A model generated the notes under the pieces. The model was not told the origin of the DNA, did not search any database, and worked only from the letters and a program-made list of their open reading frames with translations. 64,000 nt of DNA from a virus (taxonomy: Duplodnaviria > Caudoviricetes). Shown one piece after another: positions 26,087-34,993 of the stretch. Location: the IMG/VR virus record IMGVR_UViG_3300033463_000061, positions 1-64,000 of that record; one strand, written 5' to 3'. Every line of letters begins with the position of its first letter. The first letter of the stretch is position 1. A program made the translations under genes and the position numbers.

Positions 26087-26306
26087 TTTCGTCCTCCAGT
26101 ATTCCGCCTTCCGTGAAGGCCTCTAGGTTGAAACTGAGCGTCTTGCCCGTAAGCTCCCGCTTGAAGCAGTAGACCAGCTTCTTCTCGGCGTGCTGGGCGT
26201 TCTTTGCCCGCACGTACATGAGGTGCTCGCCGTTGAGCCGCACCGAGTAGAGGCCCTCGTGGTTCACCACAGGGGCCTTTTCCGGCTTCATGACTAGTTG
26301 TAGCAT
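26022..26306 (-). CDS. Hypothetical protein
   Basis: 94 aa; YSV...VRAKNAQHAE. Confidence 0.7.
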   Translation of the reverse strand: MLQLVMKPEKAPVVNHEGLYSVRLNGEHLMYVRAKNAQHAEKKLVYCFKRELTGKTLSFNLEAFTEGGILEDENEDNGNETGAGGAVSEPAHPE

Positions 26307-26566
26307 GACGTCCTCCTCACCACTATGTTACGACCAAGGTCACCAACCTGCGCCTTGTACCTCACCCCGTAGACGCCGAACCTGCGGTTCATCTCTGCCG
26401 CAAGCGCGGTCGGAGGCTGGACGTCACGGGGGACCGAAACGACCACGTGGTCGTTCGCGTTCGGGCATAGCTTCGCGGCGAGGTCCATTGGGTTTCCCGG
26501 GTAGACGGCGCGGCACGACCAGTTCACACAGCTCTGTACGGCCGTACGGTCGAAGTTAGTCATCAT
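26294..26566 (-). CDS. Hypothetical protein
   Basis: 90 aa. Confidence 0.7.
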   Translation of the reverse strand: MMTNFDRTAVQSCVNWSCRAVYPGNPMDLAAKLCPNANDHVVVSVPRDVQPPTALAAEMNRRFGVYGVRYKAQVGDLGRNIVVRRTSCYN

Positions 26567-26817
26567 TCTATCTCCTCCTTTTCCGACACCGAGATGAGAA
26601 GCCCGTTGAGCCAGACGTCCCAGGCGTACCCCTGGGCACGCATGGACTGAGCCAGCTTCTCGACGAACTCGTTGATGTCTGCGCCCGGCATGTACGTCGT
26701 GTCGATGTCGACGCGGTCGTACTCTGCCGGGCGCATGACGGGGGCGTGGGGGACGCCCATCTCGTTCGCCACGGCTATCGCGTGCCGCTCGACCACCTGG
26801 AGATCGTCGAACGTCAT
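26563..26817 (-). CDS. Hypothetical protein
   Basis: 84 aa. Confidence 0.75.
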   Translation of the reverse strand: MTFDDLQVVERHAIAVANEMGVPHAPVMRPAEYDRVDIDTTYMPGADINEFVEKLAQSMRAQGYAWDVWLNGLLISVSEKEEIE

Positions 26818-27095
26818 AGCCCCTCCAGGTCGCGTGCAGCCTTCCCGGCGAGCGTGCCTTCGCGTCGCTGCACGACGGTGTACTTGCCGCTTCGCACGCG
26901 CTTCGACGGGGAGGTCGCGGTTATCGCGTCCGCCGGCTGCGGCGTGACGGTGCCCCAGCCGTCGACGGGGCGCACCTCGGCCGCCTTTACCTGCTTGAGC
27001 TGCTCGGCTACGATGCGCTCGATCGCCTGCCCGATTCCCTTCTGGTCGGCGTCGTCGCTCACGGCGACGTCGACAACGTATTTAAGCATAGTCAT
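26814..27095 (-). CDS. Hypothetical protein
   Basis: 93 aa. Confidence 0.7.
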   Translation of the reverse strand: MTMLKYVVDVAVSDDADQKGIGQAIERIVAEQLKQVKAAEVRPVDGWGTVTPQPADAITATSPSKRVRSGKYTVVQRREGTLAGKAARDLEGL

Positions 27096-27104
27096 GCCGT
27101 CCTC

Positions 27105-28133
27105 CTATTCTAGTCCCTCGATCGTCATCTGACCTGGGATGTCTTTCTTTCGCACGTTCCCGTCCTCGCCCCAGTAGGCGAGCCACTTCTCGCGCAGCTC
27201 GTCGATGTCGGCGTTGACGCGGTCCTCGTTCGGGTGCTGTTCGACGGCCTCTCGCACGTCGCCTATGAAGTCTTCCATCCAGCGGATGCGCTCCTCGGCC
27301 TGCTTCTTGACGCGGGCCTTGGACTCCTCCGGCACGTTGAACTTCATGTACTTGTCGAGCTGCCTCTCGAGATCGGCCTTGCCGGCCTCGGCGCCGCTGA
27401 TCATGTTCATTGCCTGCGGGTAGGTCTCCTCCACGTCGTCCTCCTCGAGCACCGTGCAGAACTCCGAGATGGAGTGGTTGCCGCGTATGTTCTCGAGCAG
27501 CCGGTCGGTGACGTCCGTCCACGACTCCCCCGCCGCGGACCGGATCACCCACAGGAGCTCCACGATGCCGCCGAAGTAGTGCAGTTCGTCGTCGCACGTC
27601 TCGTCGCGGAGGGCCGCGAACACTTCCCGGAGCCCGTCGAAGTGCGGGCACTCGTAGTACCTGCCCGCCTCGAAACGGCGTATGTCGTTGGACCTCCTGC
27701 AGGGCTCGGGCATGTCGGAGATGAACCCGTCCCGCGAGCACCAGGTCTTCTGCATGCGGTCCGTGCACAGGTCCCTGTACTTCGGGAGGAAGATCAGCTT
27801 CTCGGCCTTGTCGAGGAAGTCGTCCTCGACCTCGAACTCCAGCTCGAGCCAGTCGTCGCCGAAGTTGTACTCGCGCGGCGAGTCGAACTTGAACGCCCGT
27901 ATGGAGACAACCCCTACGTCCTGGAGGACGCGTTCGTGTGCGAACGCCTTGGTGGCCTCCATGCACATCATCTTCCCGAACGTCTCGTGGCTGTAGTCGT
28001 CGCAGACGAACCCGCCGTTCTCGCGGATCTCGGCCGCCTCCTCGCACCACAGGCTGTCGTACCCGAAGTAGCCCCAGTAGGTGCCGGGGTTTATGACCGG
28101 CGCCACGAGGCTTGATGTCCTGAACGTCTTCAT
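27105..28133 (-). CDS. Acidic hypothetical protein
   Basis: Start MKTFRT; SPREYNFGDD and SRDGFIS motifs. Confidence 0.8.
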   Translation of the reverse strand: MKTFRTSSLVAPVINPGTYWGYFGYDSLWCEEAAEIRENGGFVCDDYSHETFGKMMCMEATKAFAHERVLQDVGVVSIRAFKFDSPREYNFGDDWLELEFEVEDDFLDKAEKLIFLPKYRDLCTDRMQKTWCSRDGFISDMPEPCRRSNDIRRFEAGRYYECPHFDGLREVFAALRDETCDDELHYFGGIVELLWVIRSAAGESWTDVTDRLLENIRGNHSISEFCTVLEEDDVEETYPQAMNMISGAEAGKADLERQLDKYMKFNVPEESKARVKKQAEERIRWMEDFIGDVREAVEQHPNEDRVNADIDELREKWLAYWGEDGNVRKKDIPGQMTIEGLE

Positions 28134-28459
28134 GCGGCCCTCCTCGGGTAGAGCACCCAGCCCTCGTCCTCCAGGGAGGCGTCGACGCCCTCGTACAGCC
28201 AGCCCGGGAGCCGGTTGTCGCGTCCGCGGGGGCACCACTCGAGGAGCTCGTCCAGGCAGCGCACGTCCATGCGCGAGATGAGCTCCTTCGCCTTTTCGAG
28301 GGCGCGCGCCACCAGCGCGCGGTGGCTGGTCGGCTCCCCCTCACCGAACGTCATCTGCACCGCGGTCAGCAGCGCCTTCGGCCCGTCGATCACGTTCGCG
28401 ATGTGCGGCACGTCCTCCAGGACGACCCGCTTGACGCGGTCGAACGCTATAGACTTCAT
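28130..28459 (-). CDS. Hypothetical protein
   Basis: Start MKSIAF, coupled. Confidence 0.7.
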   Translation of the reverse strand: MKSIAFDRVKRVVLEDVPHIANVIDGPKALLTAVQMTFGEGEPTSHRALVARALEKAKELISRMDVRCLDELLEWCPRGRDNRLPGWLYEGVDASLEDEGWVLYPRRAA

Positions 28460-28905
28460 TCGCCCTCCTTCTTCTTTTGCGCCTGCGCGGCGTATGCGGC
28501 GTATCTCGCCGCGTCCAGGTGGTCCTGCGCGGCCTGCCACTCGCGGGCGAGCTGCAGCGCCTCGTCGTACACGTATGCGTCGGTGAGCGTGTTGGGCACG
28601 GCGATCTCGTCAGGGGCGCTCTTTTCGCCGTACCCCTGCGTCCGCCGTATGACCGGATGCCCGTCGCGCATGGCGACGTGGTATCCGCGCATCGCGCCTG
28701 TCTCGGGGTTCAGGACGTGCAGGCGCCTGAACCTGAACTTGTCGTTGCGCGACTCGCGGACGAAGCCCGAGAACGCGGCGAGCGCGGCGTTTTCCGGACC
28801 GTCGGCGGCTATGGCGCGGCGGGCCTTTGACGAGTAGACCCGGCAGACGCGCGTCTTCAGGCCGGGCAGCCTGTCCTCGCACTCAACCCATGTGTCGAAT
28901 ACCAT
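28456..28905 (-). CDS. Hypothetical protein
   Basis: 149 aa; AAGGAGG RBS. Confidence 0.75.
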   Translation of the reverse strand: MVFDTWVECEDRLPGLKTRVCRVYSSKARRAIAADGPENAALAAFSGFVRESRNDKFRFRRLHVLNPETGAMRGYHVAMRDGHPVIRRTQGYGEKSAPDEIAVPNTLTDAYVYDEALQLAREWQAAQDHLDAARYAAYAAQAQKKKEGE

Positions 28906-28914
28906 AGGACCTCC

Positions 28915-29325
28915 TTATACTCCTTTGGACCCTTTGAGCCTGGCGTAGAACTCCCGCCGGTGCGCCTCGTGGGCGCGCTCGCTGAGGACGTGCTCCAGCG
29001 CGTCCATCGCCGCGCGGGGCGTGCGGTACTGCGCACGGCCGGCAACAGTCTCCTGAATATAGAGCGTGGCCGGGCCGTCCCAGTCGGACGTGAACCAGTA
29101 GCGGTACCCGCGGACTGGGGCGCCGGTGAAGTCGCGGAAGTCCTGCACGAGCCTGTACGGGAGCCCGGACTTCTCCAGCGCCTCCGCGGTCTTGTTGTAC
29201 CGCGTGTTCCTGCATATCGCGTTCCGTGCAGCCGCGAGCTGGTCGAGCTCGCGCCTGTAGGCCGCGAACGTCGGCGCCGGCGCGCCCTTGCGCACGCCGC
29301 GGTCGCTTTTCCCGCCCGAGCCCAT
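28915..29325 (-). CDS. Hypothetical protein
   Basis: 136 aa. Confidence 0.7.
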   Translation of the reverse strand: MGSGGKSDRGVRKGAPAPTFAAYRRELDQLAAARNAICRNTRYNKTAEALEKSGLPYRLVQDFRDFTGAPVRGYRYWFTSDWDGPATLYIQETVAGRAQYRTPRAAMDALEHVLSERAHEAHRREFYARLKGSKGV

Positions 29326-29693
29326 CAGCCGTCATCCTCTACCTCGAGCCCGTACTTGTCGAGCACGAGGTTGACGATGCACAGCGGCACGTCGGCGTTG
29401 CTGCGGAACACGTGGTCGTCGCCGGTCTTGCCGGCGCTCTTGTCGCACGCCTTCCGTATCTTCTCCAGCTCGCAGTGCAGGTCGAAGTCGCTCGTGGCCA
29501 GCAGGAGGTCGTGCAGCCAGTCGAGCGCCTTGGAGAGCGCTGGCTGCTGGTCTAGTACGTCGGTGCCGTCCCTGAACGTCGCAAGCGTCCTGGTGCTCCC
29601 CAGCGGCTCGTACGACTCGTGCGAGTAGCACGTCACCTGCACCTGCCCGACTTTCGCCTCTGCGGGCGCCTTTGTGGTCGTGGTCTTCGCCAT
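29325..29693 (-). CDS. Hypothetical protein
   Basis: Start MAKTTT. Confidence 0.75.
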   Translation of the reverse strand: MAKTTTTKAPAEAKVGQVQVTCYSHESYEPLGSTRTLATFRDGTDVLDQQPALSKALDWLHDLLLATSDFDLHCELEKIRKACDKSAGKTGDDHVFRSNADVPLCIVNLVLDKYGLEVEDDG

Positions 29694-29695
29694 GG

Positions 29696-29836
29696 CTAGC
29701 CCTCGCAGAGCGTTGCGGTGATCGAGTATGTGGCCTCGTCGTCCTTGTACCATACGGTGCCGAGGTTGCTCTCCACGTCCTTGTAGCCGTGCTCCTTGAG
29801 CCAGGCCACTATTGTCTTTTCAAGTTCTTCTGGCAT
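29696..29836 (-). CDS. Small hypothetical protein
   Basis: 46 aa; AAGGAGG RBS. Confidence 0.65.
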   Translation of the reverse strand: MPEELEKTIVAWLKEHGYKDVESNLGTVWYKDDEATYSITATLCEG

Positions 29837-29852
29837 ATTGTTGCCTCCTTTT

Positions 29853-30113
29853 TTAGCGCATGAACCCGATTTTCGGGTTTGAGACCTGCGGGAACACGGG
29901 CGCGACGAGTAAGTGCGCCCGTGAGTCGTACGGGTGGTCGCTCGTGAGCTTCCAGCCGCGCTTCCTGGCGTACTCCGCCGCAAAGCCCGCGTGGCGGAAC
30001 AGCGCCGCCTCGTCCAGGCTGCTGTGCCAGCCTACGCCGGTCCAGTACATCAGGACGCCGCCCTTCCGAGAAGTCGTCCTCTCGAGGACATAGAATCCGT
30101 TGTCACCGGCCAT
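29853..30113 (-). CDS. Hypothetical protein
   Basis: YWTGVGW..SLDEAALF. Confidence 0.7.
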   Translation of the reverse strand: MAGDNGFYVLERTTSRKGGVLMYWTGVGWHSSLDEAALFRHAGFAAEYARKRGWKLTSDHPYDSRAHLLVAPVFPQVSNPKIGFMR

Positions 30114-30115
30114 GG

Positions 30116-30250
30116 CTACCTCCCCGTGCCGAGGCCGGTGACCTCGTGCGCGATCTCGCTCATTTCCCGTGTGATCGGCGTTCCGCTGCCTACGACGGCG
30201 ATCGCCTGCGCAAGCGCCATCAGCTTGTCCATCTTTTCCTTGTCGCTCAT
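30116..30250 (-). CDS. Small hypothetical protein
   Basis: 44 aa MSDKEKMDKL...; AAGGAG RBS. Confidence 0.6.
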   Translation of the reverse strand: MSDKEKMDKLMALAQAIAVVGSGTPITREMSEIAHEVTGLGTGR

Positions 30251-30260
30251 ACTGCTCCTT

Positions 30261-30797
30261 TCAGTGTATCAGCCTGTTGTATTCGGCGTCGGTCAGATTG
30301 CCGAGCCAGGTGCTCGCCTTCTCGAGATTGGCCTGCACGTCCTTGGGCACTTTCTTGCCGTGGCGCTTGCACCACTCGGCTATGAGGGACGACCGGATCC
30401 AGTTGTGGAACCCGTCATCGAACCATTGCTCGCTGTGCTCTTCCGGCTTTCCCATGGCTTTGCTACTTTTCTTTGGCTTCCGTGGCTGTCCGGCCCGCTT
30501 TACCCGCAGCGACTCTGGGTCGCGGTCCCAGCTGTACCCTTTGCGTACCCATCCGCGGTGGCAAGACCGGCCGTTCGGGCCGGGCACGCACACGATCGTC
30601 GCGAAGGCCAGCCCTGGCTTGCGGGCGAACGCGGGGCTCGGGTGCTCGTACCTCTCCACGGCCTCGGCCTCCGACATGCCCTCCGGCATTGTCCAGAGGC
30701 CCCGGCTTCCGTCGACAATCAGGTAGCAGTCGTGCCCGTGCAGCGCCCTCAGCTGCTCCAGCGTGCGCATCCCCGTCGGTCGTGTCATGCGTGCCAT
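30261..30797 (-). CDS. Hypothetical protein
   Basis: 178 aa. Confidence 0.7.
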   Translation of the reverse strand: MARMTRPTGMRTLEQLRALHGHDCYLIVDGSRGLWTMPEGMSEAEAVERYEHPSPAFARKPGLAFATIVCVPGPNGRSCHRGWVRKGYSWDRDPESLRVKRAGQPRKPKKSSKAMGKPEEHSEQWFDDGFHNWIRSSLIAEWCKRHGKKVPKDVQANLEKASTWLGNLTDAEYNRLIH

Positions 30798-30807
30798 CGC
30801 CCGCCTC

Positions 30808-31182
30808 CTATATTACCGGGTCCACGTACGCCGTCAGGAGGCACTTGCCGTCGCGGCACGTGGCCTTCATGCGGACCATTATCTCGCCGTGCGCGCCGAG
30901 GAGGTGGTTCAGCTCGAACGTGCTTTCCTTCGCGCCGGGGCTGTAGTCCGTGTTCCTGCGTATCTCGGTCAGCGTGGGCGAGCTCGCCATCCAGCGGAAC
31001 GCCATGGTGGCGATCCTGTCGTCGCCCACGGCCGTGGTGTGGTGCCGGAATATCTTGAAGTCCCGGCTCTCGTCGTCGGGTATCTCGATCCCGACGGACG
31101 CCACGTGGCTGTCCATGTCGACGAGCCCGCCGTAGTTCGCCTCGCGGTTGAGGTTTACCTGCTTTCTCTGTTCTTCTGCCAT
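30808..31182 (-). CDS. Hypothetical protein
   Basis: Start MAEEQ; AAGGAG RBS. Confidence 0.75.
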   Translation of the reverse strand: MAEEQRKQVNLNREANYGGLVDMDSHVASVGIEIPDDESRDFKIFRHHTTAVGDDRIATMAFRWMASSPTLTEIRRNTDYSPGAKESTFELNHLLGAHGEIMVRMKATCRDGKCLLTAYVDPVI

Positions 31183-31184
31183 CG

Positions 31185-31820
31185 TTACTCCTTTACGTTG
31201 ATTGCGTCGTCGTGGTTCAGGACGAGACAGACGCAGCATCCGTCGTTGAGGTCCACCTGGACCTTGCCGAACGCGTCGATCTGCTGGCGGATATACGTCT
31301 CGTCCTTCCTGGTATAGCGCATCCCGTGCTGCTTGAACAGGCCCTTCACGTAGTCGATGAACTCCTTGAGGGCCGCCTCCTTCGTCGAGAACGCCTCCGG
31401 CCAGGGGGTCGTGAACTCCGGGTCCTCGTTGTCAGAGTCGCCGAACGTCACCGTGCGCCAGACCTCGCCGGCCAGCCCGTTCTCGTCGATGTCGAACCTG
31501 TACCGCTCCGAGCCGGAGCTGATGTCGTATGCGTTGCGGCGGTCGAACTCGCGGCGCAGGTACTCCTTCAGCCTGGCGACGCACCCCTTCCGGACGACAG
31601 TGGTCCCGTCGGAGCGCCGCACCGAGAAGAACGACTTCGCCTCGGGGTGGTTCTCGTCGTTGGCCATGGCCTGTGCGAATCCGAGCCGGAAGTCGATGCG
31701 GTTGAGGACGTACTCCACCGCCTTCCCCACGGCCAGCGCCCTGGTCGTGTACGACCCCTCGACGAAGAAGTCGTCGCCGCAGTCCGTGTCGTCCCGCGAC
31801 GATACGGTCCAGACCTTCAT
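31185..31820 (-). CDS. Hypothetical protein
   Basis: Start MKVWTV, coupled. Confidence 0.8.
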   Translation of the reverse strand: MKVWTVSSRDDTDCGDDFFVEGSYTTRALAVGKAVEYVLNRIDFRLGFAQAMANDENHPEAKSFFSVRRSDGTTVVRKGCVARLKEYLRREFDRRNAYDISSGSERYRFDIDENGLAGEVWRTVTFGDSDNEDPEFTTPWPEAFSTKEAALKEFIDYVKGLFKQHGMRYTRKDETYIRQQIDAFGKVQVDLNDGCCVCLVLNHDDAINVKE

Positions 31821-32191
31821 TTGCCCCCCTTGTCCCGGGCGGATTCGACGACCTCCATCGTCTCGAACCCGAACCGTGTCTCTGAGAACCTGCATTCGTC
31901 GGCGCGTGACGCCGGCACGCATGGCAGCTTCATGAAGTCGTACACGGCGAGAGCAACGGCACGCGCCAGCTCCTTCTCCTCGTCGCTCGGCTCCTGCTTG
32001 CCGGAGTACTTGTCGGCGAAGAAGATGTCGGCGACCGACTCGGCCAGCCCCTCGATCATTGCCTCGCCGCTTTTGTACACGCCGGTGTTGCAGGTTTCGT
32101 CCTTGTAGGTCTCCTGCAGCACGAACACGATGTTCTTGCCGAAGTCCTCGTCCCTGTCCTGATTGCCCGCATCGTCGTTTTTCTTTGACAT
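31817..32191 (-). CDS. Hypothetical acidic protein
   Basis: 124 aa. Confidence 0.75.
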   Translation of the reverse strand: MSKKNDDAGNQDRDEDFGKNIVFVLQETYKDETCNTGVYKSGEAMIEGLAESVADIFFADKYSGKQEPSDEEKELARAVALAVYDFMKLPCVPASRADECRFSETRFGFETMEVVESARDKGGK

Positions 32192-32201
32192 GGTTTCCTC
32201 C

Positions 32202-32474
32202 TTAGTCTATGTATCCGCCTTCGTAGACCCGCTCGCAGTGCACGGCCGCGTCGCAGACCCCGTGCCCGCCGACCTGTGACGGCAGAGGCCTTCGGTACTC
32301 CGGCTTCTCGAAGTCGTTCACTTCGAGGAACTTCAGCTCGTTTCGCGCCCATTCGCACTTCGGGTACCGGGCCAGGATTGACTCCAGCTCGGCTTTGCGC
32401 TTCTCGTATTTCTCCTCGGCCGTCGGCTCGCGCTGCTCGATGCCGAGATCCTCACGTGCTTCCGCCATCGTCAT
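32202..32474 (-). CDS. Hypothetical protein
   Basis: Start MTMAEA, coupled. Confidence 0.7.
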   Translation of the reverse strand: MTMAEAREDLGIEQREPTAEEKYEKRKAELESILARYPKCEWARNELKFLEVNDFEKPEYRRPLPSQVGGHGVCDAAVHCERVYEGGYID

Positions 32475-32761
32475 TTCGCACCTCCCTCGTACTTGACTAC
32501 GACCATCTGGTTTACTCCGCCGTCCCACACGAGTTTCCACTTCACGCCGCGCGTGTCGACGAGGACGTCGTTCGGCTTGCCGCGCCTGTAGCGGTACTCC
32601 CCCTTGCAGGCATAGGGCCAGACGCTCGCGCACAGGCCCCTGCGGAAGAACCAGCAGCCCGTGCACGGACCCTTGCCGCTTCGCGTCGTAGGCAGTACGG
32701 GGACGGCCGCACAGGGGCCGACCGTCGTAACGGTCAGCTCACGTATGTAGTTCCGGATCAT
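32471..32761 (-). CDS. Hypothetical Cys-containing protein
   Basis: PCTGCWF...C...C. Confidence 0.65.
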   Translation of the reverse strand: MIRNYIRELTVTTVGPCAAVPVLPTTRSGKGPCTGCWFFRRGLCASVWPYACKGEYRYRRGKPNDVLVDTRGVKWKLVWDGGVNQMVVVKYEGGAK

Positions 32762-32771
32762 GGCGTCCCCC

Positions 32772-33113
32772 CTACACGAACGCCCGCGGGCTGTACTTCG
32801 TCTCGAAGCACTGGCTGCGGACGATGCGGGCGAACGCCCTCACGTGGTCCTCGTACTCCCCGTACGTCATGTCGCGCGCCATGTCCTCGTATATGCGCTT
32901 GCGGTCGGCCGCGACGGCCCACGCCTTTCCGGGCGACGGGACGTCCAGCAGGTGCCAGTCGTCGCCGTCCGGGAGGTGGTTCGACAGCCAGCCCTCCGAC
33001 GCCTCCTCGTCGTTCAGGTGGTGGACGAGGCAGTCCATCGCGGCCAGCACCTCCGCGTGCGACGCAACGTCGCTCTCTCGGAGCTTCTTGTCCTTGTAGT
33101 CTGCGAATGCCAT
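32772..33113 (-). CDS. Hypothetical protein
   Basis: AMDCLVHHLNDEE...WL..LPDGD. Confidence 0.75.
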   Translation of the reverse strand: MAFADYKDKKLRESDVASHAEVLAAMDCLVHHLNDEEASEGWLSNHLPDGDDWHLLDVPSPGKAWAVAADRKRIYEDMARDMTYGEYEDHVRAFARIVRSQCFETKYSPRAFV

Positions 33114-33122
33114 GTCGTCCTC

Positions 33123-33446
33123 CTACCGGCCGCCTGGCCCTTCATTTGCGCATTCTCCAGCCGCAGCCGGGAGAGGATTTCCGGGGGGCGCGGAGAGGGC
33201 TGCGCGGCAGTCCGCTATCATCGCGTCGATCTCCGCGTGGTTGATGGATATCGTTTCGCACGGAATCGCCGCATGGATCTTCAGGTTGTCCATCACCCCA
33301 TGCACGGCCGTGCGCAACTGCACCACCTCATTGCACAGCGCCTCCACCACGTCGTCCCACCGCAGGCGGCTCACGTCGCACCCGCTTGCCAGTTCGGTCT
33401 TAGCCCGTTCACGAAAAAGGGCTATGTCGTTGTCCGTTATCGCCAT
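33123..33446 (-). CDS. Hypothetical protein
   Basis: 107 aa. Confidence 0.7.
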   Translation of the reverse strand: MAITDNDIALFRERAKTELASGCDVSRLRWDDVVEALCNEVVQLRTAVHGVMDNLKIHAAIPCETISINHAEIDAMIADCRAALSAPPGNPLPAAAGECANEGPGGR

Positions 33447-33456
33447 GTCAACCCCC

Positions 33457-33678
33457 TCAGAACCAGTTTCCCTGGCTGTCCATCATGCACTCCTTGCCGC
33501 AGTACTTGCACTTCCCGGTGAACGACACGCCATCGAATCCGCCAGCGTCGCAGTCGTGCCAGCCGAGTATGTCGTGCCCCCAGCGCTTGCGGCACACCGT
33601 CGCGGCCAGCACAAGAAAGACAATGGCGCAGACGGCCAGCGCCAGCAGTATAACCCCAAGTGTCATGCCTATGTTCAT
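33457..33678 (-). CDS. Membrane-anchored small zinc-ribbon protein
   Basis: TM helix followed by HDILGWH...CKYCGK..MDSQGNWF. Confidence 0.75.
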   Translation of the reverse strand: MNIGMTLGVILLALAVCAIVFLVLAATVCRKRWGHDILGWHDCDAGGFDGVSFTGKCKYCGKECMMDSQGNWF

Positions 33679-33735
33679 CTGTGTTTTCTCCTTTGTTGTT
33701 GGTTGTTTACAGGGCGCATTGCGCAAAGTCTCCCG

Positions 33736-33760
33736 GAAAAAGCCAGCATCCCCTGCTGCG
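33736..33760 (-). terminator. Possible weak intrinsic terminator
   Basis: CAGCA-GGGGA-TGCTG stem, then GCTTTTT on the minus strand. Confidence 0.35.
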
Positions 33761-34255
33761 TCAGCCGGCGAGCTCGCCTTCTTCCGTGACTTCCCACACG
33801 CCGTCAGCGTCAGTCATGAACAGCTTGACGTCGCGGTCGTCGTAGTCGACTCCGAGCTTCTCGCAGTCTGCCTTGCAGGCGGCTACGCACTCTTCGATAG
33901 TGCTGAACTTGCCGCTGACGACGCCGTCAGGCAGGCCGGCTCCGCATTTGGCAGCCGGGATTTCGTAGTGGTACGGCTTGTTCGTGCTCTCCCCTCTGTT
34001 TTCGGTTTGACGCGGGGCAGGGCTGGATCCGATACCTGGCTGCTGCCGGGCCGCCGGCGCCGTTCTGGCCGCGGCTGCGTCCTTCTTGCACTCGCGCGCG
34101 ATCCTGTCGAAGCAGCGGGTGCACAGGTCGAACCGGTAGTTCTCGGGCGTCGCCGAGCCGCCGCGGATGCGGCGACGCGCAGCCTGCTTGATGACGTAGC
34201 CTGTCTCGATGTCGTGACCGCAGACATCGCACACTATCTTCCGCACCTCAGCCAT
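33761..34255 (-). CDS. Zinc-finger hypothetical protein
   Basis: KIVCDVCG...FDLCTRC. Confidence 0.75.
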   Translation of the reverse strand: MAEVRKIVCDVCGHDIETGYVIKQAARRRIRGGSATPENYRFDLCTRCFDRIARECKKDAAAARTAPAARQQPGIGSSPAPRQTENRGESTNKPYHYEIPAAKCGAGLPDGVVSGKFSTIEECVAACKADCEKLGVDYDDRDVKLFMTDADGVWEVTEEGELAG

Positions 34256-34469
34256 GGCGCACCGCCTTGAACTTGTACTTGCGCTGGATTGCGCGAGGGG
34301 CGTTCGACAGGCGACGGCGGATTTTCCGCACGGTCTTCTGGCTCCTGCCGTTGGGCGGGTTTGGGTCGACAAGCGTGAGCGGTGCGCACCCGCCGTAGTA
34401 GTGGAGGACGAACATGCGCTCGCCCGACGCGTTTACGCGTTCAGCCTTGTCTGTGATGTCTTTGTCCAT
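34248..34469 (-). CDS. Hypothetical protein
   Basis: 73 aa; A-rich leader with AAGGA. Confidence 0.7.
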   Translation of the reverse strand: MDKDITDKAERVNASGERMFVLHYYGGCAPLTLVDPNPPNGRSQKTVRKIRRRLSNAPRAIQRKYKFKAVRHG

Positions 34470-34489
34470 GGTATTTTTCCTTTTGTATT

Positions 34490-34683
34490 GTACAGAGAGA
34501 CGCCGCCGGCCGGCCCTTCAGCCGATCGGCGGCGTCCACCTCCCTGCGGAGGACGGCGTGTGCCCACGCCTTATGCGAGTTTCAGGGCATTGCTCCTGGC
34601 CGCATGTCCACGGCGGGCCCGTAACGTAACGCGGTGCGGACGCGAGCGTGCCTGGTCGGCACGCCTCCGGGGGAAGGTCCCCG
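34490..34683 (-). ncRNA. Putative structured cis-regulatory RNA
   Basis: At least six stem-loops in a ~195-nt intergenic gap, including mutually exclusive pairings. Confidence 0.5.
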
Positions 34684-34983
34684 TCATGCAACCGGCACTA
34701 CCTTGAGCTGCACCTTCAGCACCTGTACCATGGGCTTGACGGAGTCGTCGAGCGACGCTACGAGCGCCTGTACCCAGGGGGAGGCAAGCCCGCGCTCGGC
34801 CGCCTCCTTCGAGCCGTAGCACTCGGCGTGCAGCAACCCGTCAGTCCAGTTCCAGCATGTCTCAGGCGCAGCCTTGTAGCCGCGTTGCACAGTCGAGCTG
34901 GTCACGTACATCGGCGGGAAGCAGAAGTGCATCCCGATCACGTATGCGTGGCCCGTTGCGATATCCTGTACCGTTGCGCGCAT
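34684..34983 (-). CDS. Hypothetical protein
   Basis: 99 aa. Confidence 0.7.
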   Translation of the reverse strand: MRATVQDIATGHAYVIGMHFCFPPMYVTSSTVQRGYKAAPETCWNWTDGLLHAECYGSKEAAERGLASPWVQALVASLDDSVKPMVQVLKVQLKVVPVA

Positions 34984-34993
34984 GGCAGTCTCC

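Noticed and set aside
34560-34620. AUGCG...GAAACUCGCAU resembling group II intron domain V or a hammerhead core
   Set aside because: No AGC/CGC catalytic-triad helix of the right geometry, no CUGAUGA, and no intron ORF or split gene
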